This document shows, one piece after another, positions 35,760 to 44,598 of a stretch of 64,000 bases of DNA. Origin of the DNA: Gammaproteobacteria bacterium (GTDB lineage Bacteria; Pseudomonadota; Gammaproteobacteria; Steroidobacterales; Steroidobacteraceae); assembly GCA_052386275.1 (NCBI GenBank), contig JBQTKI010000027.1, forward strand, positions 3,109 through 67,108, in the 5' to 3' direction. The position numbers were made by a program, and so were the translations under genes. Under the pieces are notes generated by a model, which saw only the letters and a program-made list of their open reading frames with translations, did no database searches and was not told where the DNA came from. Positions within the stretch are counted from its first letter, which is position 1, and each line of letters opens with the position of its first letter.

Positions 35760-37118
35760 ATGTTCGATTCGCTCGCCGAGCGGCTCGGCCGCACCGTCGA
35801 CGCGCTGCGCGGGCGCGGCCGGCTGACCGAGGACAACGTCGCCGATACGCTGCGCCAGGTGCGCATGACGCTGCTCGAGGCCGACGTCGCGGTGGCCGTC
35901 GTCAAGACATTCACCGAATCAGTACGCGCGCGCGCCATCGGCGCCGAAGTGGCGCGCAGCCTGACACCCGGGCAGGCCTTCATCAAGATTCTGCACGAGG
36001 AACTCACGCGCGTGATGGGTGAGCCAGGCGCCGGCCTCGACCTGCGCGCGCCGCCGCCCGTCGTCGTGCTGCTCGCCGGACTGCAGGGTGCCGGCAAGAC
36101 CACGACGGCGGCCAAGCTCGCGCGCCATCTCGCCGGGCGCCACGGCCGCAAGGTGCTGCTCGCGAGCACCGACGTGTACCGGCCGGCGGCGATGACCCAG
36201 CTCGAACGCCTCGCCAGCCAGGTCGGTGCCGAGTATTTCGCGGCGCCCGCTGGGGCCTCGCCGGTCGCGATCGCGCAGGCGGCGGTGGAGCATGCAGGCC
36301 GCCACCAGCACGGCGTCGTGATCTTGGATACCGCCGGGCGCCTGCACGTGGACGAAGAGATGATGGCGGAGGTGCGGGCCATTGACCGCGCCGTGTCCGC
36401 GCACCAGCGGCTGTTCGTGGTCGACAGCATGGCCGGGCAGGACGCGGTCAATGCGGCTCGCGCCTTCGACGCGGCGCTCGCGCTCACCGGCGTGATCCTG
36501 ACCAAGGCCGACGGCGACGCGCGCGGCGGCGCTGCGCTCTCCGTGCGCCAGGTGACCGGCAAGCCCATCCTGTTCATGGGCGTGGGCGAGAAGGCCGACG
36601 CGCTCGAGCCGTTCCACCCGGAGCGGGTCGCGGCGCGCATCCTCGGCATGGGCGACGTGCTCACGCTGATCGAGCAGGTGCAGTCCAGGGCAGACCAGGA
36701 CAAGGCGCAGCGGCTGGCAGAAAAGGTGGTCAAGGGGCGCGGGTTCGACTTCGCCGACCTGCGCGAGCAGCTCCTGGAGTTCAACCGCATGGGCGGGATG
36801 GCGGCGCTCGCGGGCAAGCTGCCGTCCAACCTGCTGCCGGCGGGCAGCGCGGCACAGGTGGACGAACCGGCGATCCGCCGGCAGATCGGGATCATTGATT
36901 CGATGACACCTGCAGAGCGGCGCCGGCCCGCGATCATCGCGGCCTCCCGCAAGCGGCGCATCGCCGCCGGTGCAGGAGTCCCGGTGCAGGAAGTGAACCG
37001 GCTGCTCAAGCAGTTCCTGCAGATGGAAAAGGTGATGAAGCAGATGAAGGGCGGAGGCCTCAAGCGCCTGCTACGCGGGCTTTCCGGGCGGCTGCCGGGC
37101 GGCGGCGGAGCGCGCTAG
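35760..37118 (+). CDS. ffh: signal recognition particle protein Ffh
   Basis: MFDSLAERLGRTVDALRGRGRLTEDNV...VVLLAGLQGAGKTTTAAKLA...DTAGRLH...ILTKADGDARGGAALS. Met-rich M domain. Confidence 0.95.
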   Translation: MFDSLAERLGRTVDALRGRGRLTEDNVADTLRQVRMTLLEADVAVAVVKTFTESVRARAIGAEVARSLTPGQAFIKILHEELTRVMGEPGAGLDLRAPPPVVVLLAGLQGAGKTTTAAKLARHLAGRHGRKVLLASTDVYRPAAMTQLERLASQVGAEYFAAPAGASPVAIAQAAVEHAGRHQHGVVILDTAGRLHVDEEMMAEVRAIDRAVSAHQRLFVVDSMAGQDAVNAARAFDAALALTGVILTKADGDARGGAALSVRQVTGKPILFMGVGEKADALEPFHPERVAARILGMGDVLTLIEQVQSRADQDKAQRLAEKVVKGRGFDFADLREQLLEFNRMGGMAALAGKLPSNLLPAGSAAQVDEPAIRRQIGIIDSMTPAERRRPAIIAASRKRRIAAGAGVPVQEVNRLLKQFLQMEKVMKQMKGGGLKRLLRGLSGRLPGGGGAR

Positions 37119-37231
37119 GCCGCCCGGGCGTAAGCCTTTCATCAGCAGGGGGATTTGAGTAGAATGCGCGGCTCTTTGACGGGGCCGCGGGCCCCGGGAC
37201 TGACGCAGCAGGGCTGCGAGGGATTCATGCG

Positions 37232-37486
37232 ATGGTCACGATTCGCCTGACGCGCCGCGGGGGCAAGAACGCGCCCTTCTTCCACGTCGTCGTCACCGAC
37301 AGCCGCAAGCGGCAGGGCGGGACGGTGCTGGAACAGGTGGGGTATTTCAACCCGGTCGCGCGCGGCAAGGACCGCAAGCTGGAACTCGACCTCGCGCGCA
37401 TCGACCACTGGACCCGGGTCGGCGCCTCGATGTCCGACCGCGTGCGCTCGCTGGTCAACTCCGCGCGCAAGCAAGCCGCGGCCTGA
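37232..37486 (+). CDS. rpsP: 30S ribosomal protein S16
   Basis: MVTIRLTRRGGKNAPFFHVVVTDSRKRQGGTVLEQVGYFNP. Confidence 0.95.
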   Translation: MVTIRLTRRGGKNAPFFHVVVTDSRKRQGGTVLEQVGYFNPVARGKDRKLELDLARIDHWTRVGASMSDRVRSLVNSARKQAAA

Positions 37487-37500
37487 GCCGCGCTGCCGCG

Positions 37501-38034
37501 ATGAAGCCTGCACCGTCGCGGGATCCCGCACGGGAGCATGAACGCATCGTGCTGGGCCGCATCGCGGGGCCGTTCGGCGTGCGCGGCTGGGTCAAGGTCC
37601 AGTCCTTCACCGAGCCGCCGGAGCAGATCCTCGAGTTCCCATGCTGGCGGGTCACGCTGCCGGGCGGTGGCAGCCGCGAACTGGTACCGCTCGAGGGCCG
37701 CCGCCACGGCAAGGGGCTGGTGGCGCGGATCGAAGGCATTGCGGACCGCGACGGCGCCGTGGCGCTGGCGCGGCCGAAACTGTGGATTGAGCGGCGCGAA
37801 TTGCCTGCGCTCGCACGCGGGGAATATTACCGGGCCGACCTGGTCGGCCTGGAAGTCGTGAACCAGGAGGACCGGAGGCTCGGTCGGGTGGATCACTTCC
37901 TCGACCTGCCGGGAAACCCGGTGATGGTGGTGACCGGCGAGCGCGAGTACTGGGTGCCGCTGGTGCCCAAGCACCTGCGGCGCGTTGATCTTGCGCGCGG
38001 CCGGATCGTGGTGGACTGGGACCCGGACTTCTAG
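37501..38034 (+). CDS. rimM: 16S rRNA processing protein RimM
   Basis: VLGRIAGPFGVRGWVKVQSFTEPPEQIL...GEYYRADLVGLEV. Sits between rpsP and trmD. Confidence 0.92.
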   Translation: MKPAPSRDPAREHERIVLGRIAGPFGVRGWVKVQSFTEPPEQILEFPCWRVTLPGGGSRELVPLEGRRHGKGLVARIEGIADRDGAVALARPKLWIERRELPALARGEYYRADLVGLEVVNQEDRRLGRVDHFLDLPGNPVMVVTGEREYWVPLVPKHLRRVDLARGRIVVDWDPDF

Positions 38035-38790
38035 ATGCGGGTCGAGGTCGTCACGCTGTTTCCGGCGCTGATCGAGGCGGGGCTGTCGGTCGGGGTCGTC
38101 GGGCGCGCGCGGTCAGCGGGTCGGCTGTCGGTCGGCACGGAGAACCCGCGCGACCATGCGGTGGATGCGCACCGCACGGTGGACGACCGGCCGTTCGGCG
38201 GCGGGCCCGGGATGGTGCTGGCGCCCGAGCCGCTGGCGACCGCGATCCGGCGCGCGGCGAGTCGGCTGCCCGCGGGTGCGCCGATAATCGCGCTCTCGGC
38301 CCAGGGCCGGCGCTTCGACCAGGGGCAGGCGCGACGCCTGGCGGGCCTGGCCGGCTTCGGGCTGGTGGCCGGGCGTTACGAGGGCATCGACCAGCGGGTG
38401 CTGGATGCCCTGATCGACGAGGAACTGTCGATCGGCGACTATGTGCTTTCAGGCGGCGAGCTGCCGGCGCTGGTCGTGATCGACGCGGTGGCGAGGCTCT
38501 TGCCGGGTGTGCTGGGCGACGAGGCATCGGCCGCGCAGGACTCGTTCGCAGAGGGGCTCCTGGACTGGCCCCAGTACACGCGGCCCGAGCAGTGGGAGGG
38601 CCGTGCCGTGCCGGCGGTGCTCGCGGGCGGGAACCACGCCGCGATCCGGCGCTGGCGCCTGCAGCAGGCGCTCGGGCAGACCTGGCGGCGGCGGCCGGAA
38701 CTGCTCACGGGCCGGGACCTCACACCGGCGGAGCGCGAACTGCTCGAGGAATATTGCGCCGAGGCGGGAATCGAACCGCCGCGGCGATGA
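38035..38790 (+). CDS. trmD: tRNA (guanine37-N1)-methyltransferase TrmD
   Basis: MRVEVVTLFPALI...VDDRPFGGGPGMVL...GRYEGIDQRV...SIGDYVLSGGELPALVVIDAV. Confidence 0.95.
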   Translation: MRVEVVTLFPALIEAGLSVGVVGRARSAGRLSVGTENPRDHAVDAHRTVDDRPFGGGPGMVLAPEPLATAIRRAASRLPAGAPIIALSAQGRRFDQGQARRLAGLAGFGLVAGRYEGIDQRVLDALIDEELSIGDYVLSGGELPALVVIDAVARLLPGVLGDEASAAQDSFAEGLLDWPQYTRPEQWEGRAVPAVLAGGNHAAIRRWRLQQALGQTWRRRPELLTGRDLTPAERELLEEYCAEAGIEPPRR

Positions 38791-38824
38791 TCGAAGGACG
38801 GACCGCTGAACCGGGGTAGGACCG

Positions 38825-39175
38825 ATGAACAAGATCATGCAGGAACTGGCATCGCGCTCGATGAAGCGCAAGCTGCCCGCGTTCGGGCCCGGCGACACGG
38901 TCGTCGTGCAGGTCAAGGTGCGCGAGGGCGACCGCGAGCGCGTGCAGGCCTACGAGGGCGTCGTGATCGCGTGCAAGAACCGCGGCCTCAACAGCTCCTT
39001 CACGGTGCGCAAAGTGTCGCACGGCGAGGGCGTGGAGCGCGTGTTCCAGACCCACAGCCCGGCGATCGCCGACATCGAGGTCAAGCGCCGCGGCAAGGTG
39101 CGTCGCGCCAAGCTCTATTACCTGCGCGACCGTTCCGGCAAGTCGGCCCGCATCGAGGAAAAGCTCGGCGTCTGA
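38825..39175 (+). CDS. rplS: 50S ribosomal protein L19
   Basis: [60 protein letters not shown]. Confidence 0.95.
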   Translation: MNKIMQELASRSMKRKLPAFGPGDTVVVQVKVREGDRERVQAYEGVVIACKNRGLNSSFTVRKVSHGEGVERVFQTHSPAIADIEVKRRGKVRRAKLYYLRDRSGKSARIEEKLGV

Positions 39176-39187
39176 GGAGCGAGGACC

Positions 39188-41023
39188 ATGCCCGTGCTGC
39201 GCGCGATCTGGGCCCTGCTGAAGGGAATCTGGCTTGCCCTCGACGGTCTGCGAAAGGTCCTGCACCTCATCCTGCTGCTGTTCCTGTTCGGAGCGCTGCT
39301 CGCCGCGAGCCACACGGCGCTGCCGATCGTGCCGCGAAGCGCTGCGCTCGTGCTGGCGCCGCAGGGCTACCTGGTCGAGGAGGAAAGCGGCGATGCGCTC
39401 GAGCGGGCGCTCGCCGAGGCGGCTGGCGAGGACCGGCTCGAGACGCGGCTGCGCGACCTGGTGGACGTCGTCGACGAGTCGCGCGACGACGATCGCATCC
39501 GTGCCATGGTGCTCGAACTCGACGGCCTGGAAGGCGCGGGGCTGCCGATGCTGCAGGACCTCGGCCGCTCGATCCGCTGGTTCCGTGAGGCGGGCAAGCA
39601 GGTCTACGCCTACAGCCAGGGCTACAGCCAGCGGCAGTATTACCTCGCGGCCCAGGCCGATGAGGTCTACCTCGACCCGATGGGCTACGTGCTGATCGAC
39701 GGCTACTCCTACTACCGCAGTTACCTGCGCGGCGCCGTCGACAAGCTCGGCGTGGACATGAACCTGTTCAAGGTCGGCGCGCACAAGTCGGCGCCCGAGG
39801 ACTGGACCCGCAGCGACATGTCGCCGGAAGACCGCGAGAACGCCTCGGTCTGGATCGGCGCGCTGTGGGACGCCTACAAGGCCGATGTCGCCGCCGCGCG
39901 CGAGCTCACGCCTGCGCTGATCCAGGCCTACGCCGACGAGGCCGCCGCCGGCATGCGCGCGACCGGCGGCGATGCCGCGCAGTATGCGCTGGCGCGCGGG
40001 CTGGTGGACGGCCTGAAAACGCGTGCCGAGTTCGAGCAACTGGTCGCCGAGGTCGCGGGCGAAGACGAGGACACCGTCTATGCCTCGGTGGACTGGCGCT
40101 CCTACCTGCCGGTCGTACGCTCGGACCTGGCACTCGGGCGCCGCGGCGAGCGCAACATCGGCGTGATCGTCGCGCGCGGCGAGATCCTGGACGGCGAGCA
40201 GTCGCCGGGGCTGGTCGGCGGCGATTCGCTGGCGGCGCTCCTGCGCGATGCGCGCAAGGACGACGACATTTCGGCGGTCGTGCTCCGGATCGACAGCCCG
40301 GGCGGCAGCATGATGGCCTCGGAAGTGATCCGGCGCGAGGTCGCGGCGCTCTCGGAAAGCGGCAAGCCGGTGGTCGCCTCGATGGGCACGGTCGCGGCCT
40401 CGGGCGGCTACTACATCGCCATGGACTCCGACCGCATCATCGCCGCGCCGACCACGATCACGGGTTCCATCGGCGTGTACGCGCTGGTGCCGACCTTCCA
40501 GCGCACGCTGGCGAAGATCGGCATCACCAGCGACGGCTTCGGCACCACGCGCCTCGGCGGCCAGGCGGAGCTCGACCGAGAGCTCGGCCCGGACGTGAAG
40601 CAGATCCTGCAGTCCTCGGTCGAGCACGCCTACCGTACCTTCGTCGGCCACGTGGCGCGGGCGCGCGACCGCAAGCCCGAGGAAATCAACGGCCTGGCGC
40701 AGGGCCGGGTCTGGACCGGCGCGGACGCGCGTGCCGCCGGCATCATCGACGAGCTCGGCGGCGTGGACGAGGCGATCGCCGAGGCCGCGCGCCTGGCCGA
40801 CCTCGGCGAGGACTATGGCGTGATCTGGTATGAGCGCGAAAAGACCTGGCGCGATTCGCTGGCGTTCTGGCTGCGTTCCGCGGCGGCCTGGATCGTGAAT
40901 GCGGTGGCCCCGCACCGTGCCGCGCTGCCGGGCGTCGGCGAGGCGATGGCGCAGGCCCGTACCCTGCTCGCGCTCGCGGCCGAGGGCCGGCCGCTCTACC
41001 TCTGCGGCTGTCGCGTCGAGTGA
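39188..41023 (+). CDS. sppA: signal peptide peptidase SppA, 67K (two-domain) type
   Basis: 611 aa. N-terminal TM segment, two ClpP/crotonase-like halves. SMGTVAASGGYYIAM (Ser nucleophile region) in the second half. Confidence 0.88.
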   Translation: MPVLRAIWALLKGIWLALDGLRKVLHLILLLFLFGALLAASHTALPIVPRSAALVLAPQGYLVEEESGDALERALAEAAGEDRLETRLRDLVDVVDESRDDDRIRAMVLELDGLEGAGLPMLQDLGRSIRWFREAGKQVYAYSQGYSQRQYYLAAQADEVYLDPMGYVLIDGYSYYRSYLRGAVDKLGVDMNLFKVGAHKSAPEDWTRSDMSPEDRENASVWIGALWDAYKADVAAARELTPALIQAYADEAAAGMRATGGDAAQYALARGLVDGLKTRAEFEQLVAEVAGEDEDTVYASVDWRSYLPVVRSDLALGRRGERNIGVIVARGEILDGEQSPGLVGGDSLAALLRDARKDDDISAVVLRIDSPGGSMMASEVIRREVAALSESGKPVVASMGTVAASGGYYIAMDSDRIIAAPTTITGSIGVYALVPTFQRTLAKIGITSDGFGTTRLGGQAELDRELGPDVKQILQSSVEHAYRTFVGHVARARDRKPEEINGLAQGRVWTGADARAAGIIDELGGVDEAIAEAARLADLGEDYGVIWYEREKTWRDSLAFWLRSAAAWIVNAVAPHRAALPGVGEAMAQARTLLALAAEGRPLYLCGCRVE

Positions 41024-41030
41024 GCCCGCC

Positions 41031-42059
41031 TCAGGCGGCCCACTCCAGGATCACCTTGCCGGACTGTCCGCCGCTCATCGTGTCAAAAGCGGCGCGGTAG
41101 TCCGCGACCGGGAAGCGGTGCGTGATGACCGGGCTCACGTCGAGCCCGCTCTGCAGCATGGCCGCCATCTTGTACCAGGTCTCGAACATCTCGCGGCCAT
41201 AGATCCCCTTGATGACGAGGCCCTTGAAGATCACCTGGTTCCAGTCGATCGCGGTCTCGGCCGGCGGGATGCCGAGCAGCGCGACGCTGCCGCCGTGGTG
41301 CATGGCGCCGAGCAGGTCGCGGAATGCGCCCGGGTTACCGGACATCTCGAGCCCGACGTCGAAGCCCTCCTGCATGCCGAGCTCGCGCATCGCGTCGTCG
41401 AGCTTCTCACGCGTGACGTTCAGCGCCCGCGTCGCGCCCATCCGGCGCGCGAGCGCGAGCCGGTAGTCGTTGAGGTCGGTGATCACGACGTGGCGCGCGC
41501 CGATGAAGCGCGCGATCGCGACCGCCATGATGCCGATCGGTCCTGCGCCCGTGATCAGCACGTCCTCGCCGACCATATTGAAGGAGAGCGCCGCGTGCGT
41601 GGCATTGCCGAGCGGGTCGAGGATCGCGGCGATCTCGTCTCCGATCGCGTCCGGGAGGCGGAACACGTTCGATGCCGGCAGCACCATGTATTCGGCGAAG
41701 CAGCCGGCACGGTTGACGCCGACGCCCAGGGTGTTGCGGCAGAGGTGGCGGCGGCCGGCGCGGCAATTGCGGCAGTGGCCGCAGGTGATGTGGCCTTCAC
41801 CGGACACGCGGTCGCCGACCGCGAGCCCGCGCACCTCGCTGCCGAGCGCCACGATCTCGCCGCAGTACTCGTGGCCGACCTGCATCGGCACCGGGATGGT
41901 GCGCGCGGCCCAGGCGTCCCACTGGTAAATGTGGATGTCGGTGCCGCAGATCGCGGTCTTGCGGATGCGGATCAGCACGTCGTTCGGTCCTGCCACCGGC
42001 TGCGGCAATTCGTCCAGCCAGATACCCGGCTCCGGCCTTGCCTTGATCAATGCCTTCAT
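41031..42059 (-). CDS. tdh: L-threonine 3-dehydrogenase
   Basis: Internal ATG at 42059 of track ORF 41031..42308. [45 protein letters not shown]...GHEYCGEIV...[12 protein letters not shown]. 342 aa. Confidence 0.93.
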   Translation of the reverse strand: MKALIKARPEPGIWLDELPQPVAGPNDVLIRIRKTAICGTDIHIYQWDAWAARTIPVPMQVGHEYCGEIVALGSEVRGLAVGDRVSGEGHITCGHCRNCRAGRRHLCRNTLGVGVNRAGCFAEYMVLPASNVFRLPDAIGDEIAAILDPLGNATHAALSFNMVGEDVLITGAGPIGIMAVAIARFIGARHVVITDLNDYRLALARRMGATRALNVTREKLDDAMRELGMQEGFDVGLEMSGNPGAFRDLLGAMHHGGSVALLGIPPAETAIDWNQVIFKGLVIKGIYGREMFETWYKMAAMLQSGLDVSPVITHRFPVADYRAAFDTMSGGQSGKVILEWAA

Positions 42060-42075
42060 CCGGGTTCCTCCAGCC

Positions 42076-43269
42076 TCACTTGCCGATGACCCCGAGCTCG
42101 CGCCCGGCCTCTGCGAATGCCGCCACCGCACGCTCGAGCATTGCGCGGTCGTGGCCGGCGCACAGCTGCGTGCGAATGCGCGCCTTGCCCATCGGCACCA
42201 CGGGGTACGAGAAGCCGATCGCGTAGACGCCGAGTTCCAGCAGCCGGTCTGCCATGCGCACCGCGAGCGCGGCGTCGTCGAGCATGACCGGGATGATCGG
42301 GTGCTCACCCGGCACCAGCCTGAACCCCAGCGCCGAGAGCTGGCCGCGGAAGAAAGCGGCGTTCTCGCTGAGCCGGCGGCGCAGGTCGCCCGAGCGCTCG
42401 AGCAGGTCGAGCACCGCGATCGTGGTGGCCGCGATCACCGGCGCGACGGTGTTGGAGAACAGGTAGGGACGCGAGCGCTGGCGTAGCCAGCGGATCACGG
42501 CGCTGCGGCCGGAAACGTAGCCGCCACTCGCGCCGCCGAGCGCCTTGCCGAGCGTGCCGGTCAGCACGTCGACGCGGCCCATGACGCCGCAATGCTCGTG
42601 CGTGCCGCGCCCGCCCGCGCCCATGAAGCCGGTGGCGTGCGAATCGTCGACCACGACCGTCGCCCGGTATCGCTCCGCGAGGCCGCAGATCCCGGCGAGC
42701 GGGGCGATGGTGCCGTCCATCGAGAACACGCCGTCGCTGACCACCAGGCGGGTGCGCGCGTCCGCCGACTCCCGGAGCCGCTCCTCGAGCTGCCCGAGAT
42801 CGCCGTTGTCGTAGCGCAGCCGCCTTGCCTTCGACAGGCGGATGCCGTCGATGATGCTGGCGTGATTGAGCGCGTCCGAGATGATCGCATCGCTTTCGTC
42901 GGTCAGCGTCTCGAACAGGCCGCCGTTCGCGTCGAAGCAGGACGAGCAGAGAATCGTGTCCTCGGTGCCGAGGAAGGCCGACAGCCGGCGCTCGAGCTCG
43001 CGGTGCACGGTCTGCGTGCCGCAGATGAAGCGCACCGAGGCCATGCCGTAGCCGTAGCGGTCGAGCGCCACGTGCGCGGCGCGGCGCAGTTCCGGGTGGT
43101 TCGCAAGACCGAGATAATTGTTGGCGCAGAGATTGATCAACTCGCGCCCATCCTCGAGGCGCACCACGGAGTCCTGTGGCGAGCCGATCACCCGTTCGCG
43201 CTTGAAGAGCCCGTCGCGCTCGAGCCCGGCGAGCTGCGACTCAAGCCGATCCAGCAATGCCTGTTCCAT
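42076..43269 (-). CDS. kbl: glycine C-acetyltransferase (2-amino-3-ketobutyrate CoA ligase)
   Basis: [12 protein letters not shown]...[13 protein letters not shown]...[15 protein letters not shown] (PLP-Lys region). Immediately upstream of tdh, as in the E. coli kbl-tdh operon. Confidence 0.93.
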   Translation of the reverse strand: MEQALLDRLESQLAGLERDGLFKRERVIGSPQDSVVRLEDGRELINLCANNYLGLANHPELRRAAHVALDRYGYGMASVRFICGTQTVHRELERRLSAFLGTEDTILCSSCFDANGGLFETLTDESDAIISDALNHASIIDGIRLSKARRLRYDNGDLGQLEERLRESADARTRLVVSDGVFSMDGTIAPLAGICGLAERYRATVVVDDSHATGFMGAGGRGTHEHCGVMGRVDVLTGTLGKALGGASGGYVSGRSAVIRWLRQRSRPYLFSNTVAPVIAATTIAVLDLLERSGDLRRRLSENAAFFRGQLSALGFRLVPGEHPIIPVMLDDAALAVRMADRLLELGVYAIGFSYPVVPMGKARIRTQLCAGHDRAMLERAVAAFAEAGRELGVIGK

Positions 43270-43298
43270 GGATTCCGGTCTGCCGATGCCCGGCGCGG

Positions 43299-43304
43299 AT
43301 TATA
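43299..43304 (-). promoter_or_regulatory. candidate -10 box (perfect TATAAT on the minus strand) for kbl-tdh
   Basis: Plus-strand attata at 43299-43304, 29 nt upstream of the kbl ATG. Confidence 0.35.
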
Positions 43305-43327
43305 GCGGCCGGCCCCGCATCGGCCCG

Positions 43328-43333
43328 TATAAT
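43328..43333 (+). promoter_or_regulatory. candidate -10 box (perfect TATAAT) for yhhQ-nudix
   Basis: cgtataatcgc, 21 nt upstream of the yhhQ ATG, with a GGGAGA RBS in between. Confidence 0.35.
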
Positions 43334-43354
43334 CGCGGACCGGGAGACCCCTGC

Positions 43355-44158
43355 ATGTCCCAGCACACGCGCGAACAGACGGCGGCCGTCGTCGCCTCGA
43401 GACCAGCGCGCCTCTTCATCGCGCTCGCCGGCCTGTTCGTCACCAATGCGCTGATCGCGGAATTCGTCGGCGTCAAGATCTTCGCGCTCGAGGACACGCT
43501 CGGGCTGCCGCCGTTCGACTGGCGTCTGTTCGGGCGCGAGGGCTCCTTGTCGTTCACCGCGGGCGTCATGTTGTGGCCGGTCGTGTTCATCCTGACCGAC
43601 GTCATCAACGAGCACTTCGGCGTGCGCGGCGTGCGCTTCATCTCCTGGCTCGCGGTCGGCTTCATCGCCTACGCCTTCCTGTTCGCCTATCTCGCGATCG
43701 AGCTCGCGCCCGCGTCCTGGTGGACGACGATCGGCGCGGAGCGGGGCGTGCCCGACATGCAGGCCGCTTTCGCGGCCATATTCGGGCAGGGCCTGTGGAC
43801 CATCGGCGGCTCGATCACTGCGTTCCTGGTCGGGCAGCTGATCGACGTGACCGTGTTCCACCGCATCCGCCGCGCCACCGGCGAGCGCCTGGTGTGGCTG
43901 CGCGCGACCGGCTCGACCGCGGTATCGCAGCTCATCGACAGCTTCATCGTGCTCTACATAGCTTTTGTGCTCGGGCCGCAGCAGTGGCCTGTGGCGCTCT
44001 TCCTCGCGGTGGGCACCGTCAACTACCTGTACAAGATGACGATGGCGGTGGCGCTGATCCCGCTGCTGTACGCCGGCCGGCGCCTGATCCGCGCCTATCT
44101 CGGCGATCCGGAAGCGGCGCGACTCAGGGCCGCAGCGGCCGCGGGCGCGGTGCGCTGA
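43355..44158 (+). CDS. yhhQ: queuosine-precursor (preQ0/preQ1) transporter, YhhQ/DUF165 family
   Basis: Internal ATG at 43355 of track ORF 43118..44158. GLFVTNALIAEFVGVKIF...MLWPVVFILTDVINEHFG...TGSTAVSQLIDSFIVLYIAF. Confidence 0.8.
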   Translation: MSQHTREQTAAVVASRPARLFIALAGLFVTNALIAEFVGVKIFALEDTLGLPPFDWRLFGREGSLSFTAGVMLWPVVFILTDVINEHFGVRGVRFISWLAVGFIAYAFLFAYLAIELAPASWWTTIGAERGVPDMQAAFAAIFGQGLWTIGGSITAFLVGQLIDVTVFHRIRRATGERLVWLRATGSTAVSQLIDSFIVLYIAFVLGPQQWPVALFLAVGTVNYLYKMTMAVALIPLLYAGRRLIRAYLGDPEAARLRAAAAAGAVR

Positions 44159-44574
44159 TGCCGCTGCCGCAGACGCCGCCGCTGACCGTGGACGTCGTCA
44201 TCGAACTGGAGGACCGGCCCGGGCGGCCGATCGTGCTGATCGAGCGCGGCCATCCGCCGCCCGGCTGCGCGTTGCCCGGCGGCTTCGTCGAGATCGGCGA
44301 GACGGTCGAGGACGCCGCGCGACGCGAGGCACGCGAGGAGACCGGGCTCGAGGTGCGGCTGGTGGAACTGCTCGGCGTCTACTCCGACCCGGCCCGCGAT
44401 CCGCGCGGGCACGTGGTGAGCGTGATCTTCATCGGCAGCGCGCGTGGTCAACCCGCCGCCGGCGACGACGCGGCCGGCATCGTGCTCGCGGACCCCGCGG
44501 CGCCGCCGCCGCTCGCCTTCGACCATGGCCGTGTGCTCGCCGACTACCGCGCGCGGCGCGGGGCACGCGGCTGA
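44158..44574 (+). CDS. NUDIX hydrolase, 138 aa
   Basis: Nudix box GGFVEIGETVEDAARREAREETGLEV. TGATG overlap with the yhhQ stop. Confidence 0.85.
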   Translation: MPLPQTPPLTVDVVIELEDRPGRPIVLIERGHPPPGCALPGGFVEIGETVEDAARREAREETGLEVRLVELLGVYSDPARDPRGHVVSVIFIGSARGQPAAGDDAAGIVLADPAAPPPLAFDHGRVLADYRARRGARG

Positions 44575-44598
44575 TGTGCGGCACGGTCGCGACATAGA

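Noticed and set aside
37181-37195. The hairpin GGGGCC-gcg-GGCCCC between ffh and rpsP, as an ffh terminator or rpsP leader element.
   Set aside because: It has only a 6-bp stem and no U-tract, and short GC palindromes are frequent in this DNA. The evidence is insufficient to call a feature.
43270-43354. A preQ1 riboswitch upstream of the yhhQ transporter.
   Set aside because: - Only about 15-20 nt lie between the likely -10 box and the ATG.
- That is too short for any preQ1 aptamer class.
- No aptamer-like conserved core sequence was recognisable.
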